This document shows, one piece after another, positions 58,466 through 64,000 of a stretch of 64,000 nucleotides of DNA. Source of the DNA: an uncultured delta proteobacterium (lineage in GTDB: Bacteria > Desulfobacterota > Desulfuromonadia > Desulfuromonadales > JACZKF01). A program made the position numbers and the translations under genes. Location of the stretch: positions 287,231-351,230 of the forward strand of contig CAWFKQ010000006.1 in the NCBI GenBank assembly GCA_963816395.1, written 5' to 3'. Within the stretch, counting starts at the first letter, position 1; every line of letters starts with the position of its first letter. The notes under the pieces were generated by a model. That model was not told where the DNA came from and did no database searches. It was given only the letters and a program-made list of their open reading frames with translations.

Positions 58466-58768
58466 ATGAAAAAGACGGCCACCAGCCGCTATGATGTTGC
58501 CGAACACCTCAGAACTCCCGAGGAGATGGCAGCCTATCTGGAAGCATGCCTTGAAGAGGCAAACGGCGATGCGGCCTTTGTTGCCAAGGCTCTGGGAGAT
58601 ATTGCGCGCGCCAAAGGAATGTCTCAGGTCGCGCGGGATACCGGCCTCTCCCGTGAAAGTTTGTACAAGGCTCTCTCCGGTGAGCGCACCCCTGGCTTCG
58701 ACACCATTTTGAAAGTCGTTTCAGCTCTGGGACTGAAACTGCACGCCGAAGCGAACCACCTCTCCTGA
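58466..58768 (+). CDS. Addiction-module antidote protein (HTH antitoxin)
   Basis: YDVAEHLRTPEEMAAYL, ALGDIARAKGMSQVARDTGLSRESLYKALSG..P.FDTILKV. Confidence 0.9.
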   Translation: MKKTATSRYDVAEHLRTPEEMAAYLEACLEEANGDAAFVAKALGDIARAKGMSQVARDTGLSRESLYKALSGERTPGFDTILKVVSALGLKLHAEANHLS

Positions 58769-58810
58769 TGTCAGGGGCAATCTTGCGATAAGGAGAGGTG
58801 GGCAACCAGT

Positions 58811-58870
58811 GGGGTCATGTTAACCTTTCTGCCATTCTCTCAACCGCCTTGGACTACTGCGACCACCCCA
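58811..58870 (+). repeat. Inter-cassette direct repeat, copy 2
   Basis: GGGGTCATGT-TAACCTTTCTGCCATTC-TCTCAACCGCCTTGGAC..GACCACCCC. Confidence 0.85.
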
Positions 58871-58877
58871 GCCTCTT

Positions 58878-59387
58878 TCATCTGCTAAGCGCCTCCACTG
58901 CCGAGGCCAAGGTGGCCAGCGGCAAAAAGAGGGCGAGCGGATGGTCGGGCAGGGCGACGAAGCCATACAGCTCGTAATACTCGCGGGCGCCCTGGTTCTT
59001 CGCATCCACCAAAAAGCCTATGATCCCGATGTTTTCGGCAACGGCCAAGGTGCGCCGCATGGCATCGACCATCATGAGGCCACCGAGCCCTTGCCGCTGC
59101 AGATCCCTCGCCACCGCCAAGCGGGCCAGTTTGGCAGCGGGCGCTTTGCGCGGGTATTTTTTCGCGTATTCGGGCGGCAGTTCCACCGCCACGACCTCGC
59201 AGCTTGCCAGGGTAAAAAAGCCCAGGATCTTCGCCGGCTCATCCGCATCGACAAGGACGAAGGTGCGCGAGATCCCTTTGTCATTGTGCTGGCGAGCGGT
59301 TCTTTTGAGATAATCGTCCAAGTCCAGCTCGCCGCAGCTAAAACCTTCGCGATCGTGTCCCCGCGAAAGAAGTTCGATTCGAAGCAT
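58878..59387 (-). CDS. GNAT acetyltransferase toxin (TacT/AtaT-like)
   Basis: HDREGFSCGELDLDDYL, LARLAV....QRQGLG, VDAKN..A..YY..YGF. Confidence 0.9.
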   Translation of the reverse strand: MLRIELLSRGHDREGFSCGELDLDDYLKRTARQHNDKGISRTFVLVDADEPAKILGFFTLASCEVVAVELPPEYAKKYPRKAPAAKLARLAVARDLQRQGLGGLMMVDAMRRTLAVAENIGIIGFLVDAKNQGAREYYELYGFVALPDHPLALFLPLATLASAVEALSR

Positions 59388-59389
59388 TG

Positions 59390-59659
59390 TTATAGCCGCT
59401 CCTTATGAGTGCGGAAGGCCGCTAGCAATTTCTCGTTAGGCGCTGGTGGGTTCTCGATCGCGTCGAAAAACCGCCTCGCTGCCTCCGCGTCCAATCGAAT
59501 AAGGTTCTCCTCCTCGATCACTGTCCGCGCTCGATCGAGTGCAGATTGAACCAGAAATTGGTTAATCGTCGCGCCGCACAACTCGGCTGCGCGGGTGAGA
59601 GTCTCGTAAACGTGCTCGGGCACTCGTGCTGAAATGCGTGTTTCGACCTTTGCAGCCAT
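59390..59659 (-). CDS. DUF1778 ribbon-helix-helix antitoxin
   Basis: RISARV, RAAEL.G.TINQF....A...A, FFDAIENPPAPNEKL. Confidence 0.9.
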   Translation of the reverse strand: MAAKVETRISARVPEHVYETLTRAAELCGATINQFLVQSALDRARTVIEEENLIRLDAEAARRFFDAIENPPAPNEKLLAAFRTHKERL

Positions 59660-59705
59660 GATGTCTACCTCCGTGAATAGGCTGATTCACTGCAAGATTA
59701 ACATG

Positions 59706-59748
59706 GTGGTGCCAAAATGGCAAATAAATGATGCCAATTTGGCACCAC
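59706..59748. promoter_or_regulatory. Inverted-repeat operator upstream of the DUF1778-GNAT operon
   Basis: GTGGTGCCAAAATGGCA-N9-TGCCAATTTGGCACCAC, 16/17 complementary. Confidence 0.65.
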
Positions 59749-59763
59749 AGTTTCTGCCATTTA

Positions 59764-59922
59764 ATACCCCGCAGTTTTGGGGTGAAGGGGCCGGGGAAAG
59801 TCCGAAGGGATGTTCTTAAAACATTGAATCAAAAGCAGGGTCAAATTCCCGCAGCTTGCTGCGTGATTTTGGGAAAGATTGCAGATGTTGATACCCCGTA
59901 GCTTGCTGCGGGGCAGTTCATT
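59764..59922. repeat. Cluster of ATACCCCGCAGC..GCTGCGGGG-type hairpins
   Basis: Copies near 59764, 59846 and 59891 (ATACCCCGTAGCTTGCTGCGGGGCAGTTCATT); degenerate copy near 63900. Confidence 0.6.
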
Positions 59923-60035
59923 ACCTCCGGCCCTCCTTTGATTTTCCTTTTTTATTCCTGTATAGTTGCCCTATCGCTCCCAGCGAGTTCGAGCAACGAT
60001 TCTGAATAAATGGCGACAGGGTTACGGAGGCCAGT

Positions 60036-60216
60036 ATGAACCCTTTCATTCAGCTCAATCACCGCGTTTGCAACGGCAAACCGGTCATTGCCGGTACACG
60101 AATTCCTGTGACAGTCTGCCACGATTTAATCGACCACACCGATGTGGATACGCAGGTGGCATGAGCCCATCACGGTCGTATCTCATCGATCAGATGTTTG
60201 ACCGGCTGATCGTTGA
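60036..60216 (+). pseudogene. DUF433 gene with internal deletion plus 5' stub of a DUF5615/PIN-like partner
   Basis: IQLNHRVCNGKPVIAGTRIPV then short tail to TGA at 60164; overlapping ATG..YLIDQMFD stub cut off at repeat copy 3. Confidence 0.65.
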
Positions 60217-60313
60217 TAACCTTTCTGCCATTCACTCGACCTGCCTGGGCGACCACCCGGGGCACCAATCCATCCCCTCTCCCCGGACCCTCTCCCACAG
60301 AGGGGAGAGGGAG
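60217..60313 (+). repeat. Inter-cassette direct repeat copy 3 followed by a type A REP-like hairpin
   Basis: TAACCTTTCTGCCATTC at 60217-60233, GACCACCC, then CCCCTCTCCCCGGACCCTCTCCCACAGAGGGGAGAGGGAG at 60274-60313. Confidence 0.85.
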
Positions 60314-60426
60314 CTTAGGCCACTCGATGGATGCCCAGGCTGCCTTTGCCTGCAAAGCAAAGCCCCTTCCCTTGACAAGCACCTCGCCATTGCAGACAAT
60401 AGCCGCATACAGTGGAGGTGCAAGAT

Positions 60427-60660
60427 ATGCGTGCGACATTGAACATACCTGATGATCTGATCCGCGAGGTGCAGACCCTTTCCGGGGAGAAATCCAAGAC
60501 CGGTGCCATCATTGCGGTCATGGAAGCCTACGTGAAGCAGAAGAAAATGGAGCAGCTTCTGGCATTGAAGGGCAAGGTTCGGATCGATTATGACTGGGAG
60601 AAAGCGGAAGCGGAGGAGATGAAGGCGGCCGAGGAGCGGGAACGCTATGGAGAGAGCTGA
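60427..60660 (+). CDS. vapB: VapB-type antitoxin
   Basis: MRATLNIPDDLI......G.KSKT.AI..AMEAY...KK...LL.LKGK; TTGACA-17-GACAAT upstream (60372-60400); overlaps the PIN gene. Confidence 0.8.
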   Translation: MRATLNIPDDLIREVQTLSGEKSKTGAIIAVMEAYVKQKKMEQLLALKGKVRIDYDWEKAEAEEMKAAEERERYGES

Positions 60661-61042
60661 CCGGGTCTTGCCGGATACCTGCGCCTGGATCGATTTTTTC
60701 AACGCCCGCAGGACGCCCTTGGCCACGGCTCTTGAAAACCTTCTCGTGCGCGGGAACGTGCATACGTGTGGAGTCGTAAAGTATGAACTTGTTCAGGGGC
60801 TCCGGGGCAATGGCGAAGAAAGAGTGCTCCTGGAGGCGCTGCAAGCCGTAATCCATTTGGAGATGACCGAGACGCTCTGGCTGGACGCCGGCCGCCTATC
60901 CGCCACCTTGCGTAAAAAAGGGGTGACCCTCCCTTTTTCCGACATCCTCATTGCCTCCGTGGCGCTGAAACACGATCTGACAGTTCTGACAGTCGATCGG
61001 CATTTCGATCCGATCCCAGGGTTGCGGGCGATAGCAGAATAG
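60647..61042 (+). CDS. vapC: PIN-domain toxin VapC
   Basis: DTCAWIDF, VKYELVQG, SDILIA, LTVDRHF. Confidence 0.9.
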   Translation: MERADRVLPDTCAWIDFFNARRTPLATALENLLVRGNVHTCGVVKYELVQGLRGNGEERVLLEALQAVIHLEMTETLWLDAGRLSATLRKKGVTLPFSDILIASVALKHDLTVLTVDRHFDPIPGLRAIAE

Positions 61043-61047
61043 AATTC

Positions 61048-61155
61048 CATACAATCCATTTCAACGCTATTATGGCCCTCTCTTCGGCCTTCTTCCATAA
61101 TCGCCTTGGGCATCTATTCCAGAATCGGTACAAATCGATTGTCTGCGAAGAGGAG
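61048..61155 (+). pseudogene. Fragment of a REP-associated tyrosine transposase (Y1/HUH family)
   Basis: TIHFN...HNRLGHLFQNRYKSIVCEEE resembles the FN.RH.R.GHLFQ.RYKS..C.E segment of Y1_Tnp proteins. Confidence 0.65.
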
Positions 61156-61186
61156 GTGCCGGGCAACAACCTTCCATCGGCTTCCC

Positions 61187-61233
61187 TGTGCAATCAAAAT
61201 ATGATTGCACATCCCAAACTTCCCTGCTACTAT
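61187..61233 (+). promoter_or_regulatory. hicAB promoter and operator
   Basis: TGTGCAATCA-N5-TGATTGCACA perfect IR overlapping TTGCAC-17-TACTAT; ATG 6 nt later. Confidence 0.65.
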
Positions 61234-61239
61234 TCCGCC

Positions 61240-61495
61240 ATGAACAGCTCCCACCGAAAAACACTGGAGGTGATTTTTTCACATCCAGTCCCCGCCTCCC
61301 TGGAATGGCGGCGCATCGAGGCGCTTTTCGTTGCTCTCGGTGCCCAGATGGCTGAAGGCGAGGGTTCGCGGGTGGCTTTCCTCTTGAATGGCAAACGTGC
61401 GGATTTTCACCGTCCCCATCCGGGCAAGGAAGCCAAGCGCTATCAGGTGCGAGCTGCTCTGCGAATTTCTCGAAGCGGCAGGAGTGAAATTATGA
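61240..61495 (+). CDS. hicA: HicA toxin (frameshift near 3' end)
   Basis: HRKTL..IF..P....LEWRRIEALF.ALGA...EGEGSRV, FHRPHPGKEAKRYQV. Confidence 0.88.
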
Positions 61496-61821
61496 GCAAA
61501 CCCCTCAGCTATAAGGGCTATGTAGCGTACGTTGAATTTGATGTGGAAGACCGGATTTTTTGCGGCCGGGTTGCCGGCATCACGGATATCGTGACGTTCC
61601 ACGGTGAGTCGGTGGATGAATTGGTGCGCGCCTTCGAGGAGGCGGTCGATGGCTATCTGTCTCTGTCGGAAAAACTCGGGCGGTCGCCCCAGAAACCCTA
61701 TTCCGGCAAGCTTATGCTGCGCGTCCCTCCCGAAGTGCACGCTCATGCCGCGGCCATGGCAGAAGCCCATGGCATGAGTCTCAACCAGTGGGCTGCCGAA
61801 GTTCTATCCCGTGCGGAGTAA
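61492..61821 (+). CDS. hicB: HicB antitoxin
   Basis: YKGY.A.VEFD.ED.IF.G.V.GI.DIVTFHG, AFEEAVD.YL, KPYSGKLMLRVPPEVH, SLNQW. Confidence 0.92.
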   Translation: MSKPLSYKGYVAYVEFDVEDRIFCGRVAGITDIVTFHGESVDELVRAFEEAVDGYLSLSEKLGRSPQKPYSGKLMLRVPPEVHAHAAAMAEAHGMSLNQWAAEVLSRAE

Positions 61822-61905
61822 GATTCACCGCCCGTGGAGCAGGGGGGCATCGGGCTCGGACTGCTTTGAAATCCGGGTTCGTCGCGTGCACCTTCAGGCA
61901 ATCTC

Positions 61906-61921
61906 CGGCACGATTGCTGCT
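61906..61921 (+). promoter_or_regulatory. Candidate sigma54 promoter upstream of the GT9 gene
   Basis: CGGCACGATTGCTGCT with GG-N10-GC spacing. Confidence 0.45.
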
Positions 61922-62023
61922 TAAATGGATTGGAATCTCTCAGTAGTTATGCCATGACTGTATTTACTGATTTTATTGCCCGCATAATGAAGGGGCCCCC
62001 TCCCCGCACCGGGAAATTCCCCC

Positions 62024-63151
62024 GTGCCTGACCAGATACGCCTGCTGAAGGAGGCCGACCGGCTTGTCGGCGGCGTTATCGCTTCCCTCTTGCCATCCGC
62101 CAGGGGAAGGTTCTCGGGATATCCCCGCATCCTGCTCATCCGCCCCGGCGGCATCGGGGATGCGGTTCTGCTGATTCCGGCCATCCAAGCGATCAGGAAA
62201 AACTACCCCCAGGCGAGCATCGATATCCTGGCGGAAAAACGCAACGGCGCCGTTTTTACCCTGTGCCCGGACGTCGGCCGGCTTTTCCATTATGACCGGC
62301 CGGGGCAGCTCCTCGACTCCCTTTGCCGCCGCTACGACGTCGTCATCGACACCGAGCAGTGGCACCGGCTGTCTGCCGTCGTGGCCCGGCTGACCGGCGC
62401 GCGCCTGCTGGCGGGCTTTGCCAGCAATGCACGCCGCAGGCTCTTCAACCATGCCGCCTCCTATGCGCACGAGCGGTATGAAGCGGATTCCTTTTTCGAT
62501 CTCCTGGCTCCCCTCGGGATTGCCCGGCCCGAAAGCTTCCCCATCCCCTTTCTGGAAGTTCCCCTCGAGGCGATGGCGACTGCCGGTGAGCTGCTCGCCG
62601 ATCTGGCCGGGAAACCCTTCATAACCCTCTTCCCCGGCGCCAGTATCCCCGAGCGCCGCTGGGGGGCGGAACGGTTCCGGCCGGTCGCGGAACATCTGTC
62701 CAGGGCCGGGTACGGGGTGGTCGTGGTGGGCGGCGCCGCCGATAGCAGGGAAGGGGAAGCGATCGTCGCCGGCGGGCTCGGTCTGAACCTGGCCGGGTGC
62801 ACCTCCCTGGTCGAGACCGCCGCCGTTATCGACCGCTCGGCGCTGCTGGTCAGCGGCGATTCCGGTGTCCTGCATATCGCGGTCGGGCTCGGCAAGCCAA
62901 CCGTCTCCCTCTTCGGCCCGGGCATTGCCGAAAAGTGGGCGCCGCGCGGCGCCCGGCACATCGTCATCAACAAGAGCCTGCACTGTTCCCCCTGCACAAA
63001 ATTCGGTACCACCCCGCGCTGCCCGCGGGGCGCGGAGTGCATGCGGGAAATCACGGTGGGGGAGGTGGCGGCGGCGGTGGGGGAGGTGTTGAAAAAGGAA
63101 GGGGCGCGGGAGTATTTTCAGCCGATCATCCAGACGGGCAACCCCGTCTGA
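62024..63151 (+). CDS. GT9 (heptosyltransferase-like) glycosyltransferase, XapJ-like
   Basis: ILLIRPGGIGDAVL, IDTEQWHRLSA, FPGAS...RRW, SGDSGVLHIA, LFGP, CSPC..FG. Confidence 0.88.
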   Translation: MPDQIRLLKEADRLVGGVIASLLPSARGRFSGYPRILLIRPGGIGDAVLLIPAIQAIRKNYPQASIDILAEKRNGAVFTLCPDVGRLFHYDRPGQLLDSLCRRYDVVIDTEQWHRLSAVVARLTGARLLAGFASNARRRLFNHAASYAHERYEADSFFDLLAPLGIARPESFPIPFLEVPLEAMATAGELLADLAGKPFITLFPGASIPERRWGAERFRPVAEHLSRAGYGVVVVGGAADSREGEAIVAGGLGLNLAGCTSLVETAAVIDRSALLVSGDSGVLHIAVGLGKPTVSLFGPGIAEKWAPRGARHIVINKSLHCSPCTKFGTTPRCPRGAECMREITVGEVAAAVGEVLKKEGAREYFQPIIQTGNPV

Positions 63152-63561
63152 ATAGATTTCAGCCCCTTGTCGTTGGTGATAAATCCAGCGGCACCCCGGT
63201 CCATGGCCGTTGCCAGGTGAATGGCGTCTGGCGTCCGGATTCCGAATTGGGCTCGCAGGCGGGCGGCTTCGGCGGCAATGGAAGATGTCAGGGGAATAAT
63301 CTCAAGGTGGGGAAAATTGGTCAGGGTCTGCTGAAGTCTTGCAGCGTCCCCCGGTTTTTCTGCCCGGTAGGCGGGAACGAGCAGTTCGGCGAACACCAAG
63401 GTTGAAATAACTGCTGAGAAATGGTTCGCTTCAATGCATTCAAAAAGTTGTCTGACTACAGGATAGAAGGTCTGGTGCCGTTCCAGGAAATAGATCAGGG
63501 TGACCGTATCCAGACCAAAGATCTGCCCCCGGGGCAGATCTCCTATATTCAGTGGTCCCAT
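63118..63561 (-). CDS. vapC: PIN-domain toxin (VapC-like)
   Basis: GLDTVTLIYFLE, STLVFAELLV.AY, AARLRA....RTPDAIHLATA, FITND. Confidence 0.9.
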   Translation of the reverse strand: MGPLNIGDLPRGQIFGLDTVTLIYFLERHQTFYPVVRQLFECIEANHFSAVISTLVFAELLVPAYRAEKPGDAARLQQTLTNFPHLEIIPLTSSIAAEAARLRAQFGIRTPDAIHLATAMDRGAAGFITNDKGLKSIQTGLPVWMIG

Positions 63562-63779
63562 TCCTCGCGCGCCCCCTGAAGTTCCCGCTCATAATTCTGC
63601 CAGATTTCCGAACTGCAGCGCGCCAATTCCTCGACAAATGAAATGGGGGCTTTTCGCAGAAGGATTTTATCGTCCTGTTCCGTGAGCTCGAGCGAGTCGC
63701 CCGGCTTGATTCCAAGCTTCCGCCGCATTCTCGCCGGCAGAACGATCTGTGATTTGCTGCTGAGCTTCGCAATCGCCAT
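63549..63779 (-). CDS. AbrB/MazE-type antitoxin
   Basis: AKLSSKSQIVLPARMRRKLGIKPGD; overlaps the PIN gene; TTGACA-17-TACATT upstream on the minus strand. Confidence 0.88.
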   Translation of the reverse strand: MAIAKLSSKSQIVLPARMRRKLGIKPGDSLELTEQDDKILLRKAPISFVEELARCSSEIWQNYERELQGAREEWDH

Positions 63780-64000
63780 AAGGATCTCCCTGTTTGCTTT
63801 ACCATAATGTAAGGCATCGGGTTGGGACTGTCAAGATCCTCCCCTGATCTGTCTGTGTGCCGTCAAACATCTTGAGATAAGTCCAAAAAGCACCTATATT
63901 ACCCCGCAGGTTTGCCTCCGGGGCGGCCGACTCTGGTCACCTTCCCCAGCCCTCTTCGCTTTGGTGCTCTGAATTACAATGAACGTCCCCTTGATTGCAG

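Noticed and set aside
58067..60313. Canonical integron attC sites
   Set aside because: The TAAC core lacks a clear RYYYAAC...GTTRRRY pair with internal palindromy, and no intI is in the window; kept only as a non-canonical cassette repeat.
61072..61821. Single 249-aa ORF as a novel HicA-HicB fusion
   Set aside because: Explained by a transposase fragment, a promoter region, hicA with one frameshift and a normal overlapping hicB start at 61492.

Overview
GC-rich deltaproteobacterial chromosome segment, most likely Desulfuromonadales/Geobacterales (inferred from gene order and pilin sequence). Almost every long gene carries 1-4 single-base frameshifts, consistent with uncorrected long-read/MAG errors, so calls are stitched across frames and many ends are approximate. 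Layout: 0-9 kb housekeeping/accessory genes (LUD protein, cfa, DUF1326/DUF2182, aguAB, MFS, ferredoxin); 9-19 kb a sigma54 two-component pair plus a lower-GC minor-pilin operon (pilV-W-X-Y1, Ig lipoprotein, fimU); 19-26 kb DUF1015, an orphan ParM-like actin, rnr, ribF; 26-35.4 kb pilB-pilT-pilC-pilS-pilR and a Geobacter-type split pilin (short aromatic pilA-N plus pilA-C); 35.4-63 kb an xap-type surface glycosylation locus (ABC exporters, GT-C/TPR protein, UbiA-type phosphoribosyltransferase, wzm/wzt, glycosyl- and methyltransferases, an IS30-disrupted nonulosonate pathway, a CDP-ribitol module, GT9). About ten toxin-antitoxin modules or remnants are woven through the pilus/glycan locus. The two best candidates for an undescribed system are (i) a DUF559 nuclease gene embedded in an array of REP-like G/C hairpins between pilR and pilA, with the same hairpins dispersed elsewhere, and (ii) a 58-62 kb array of self-contained TA cassettes punctuated by a direct repeat with an identical 17-nt core, next to a fragment of a REP-associated tyrosine transposase.
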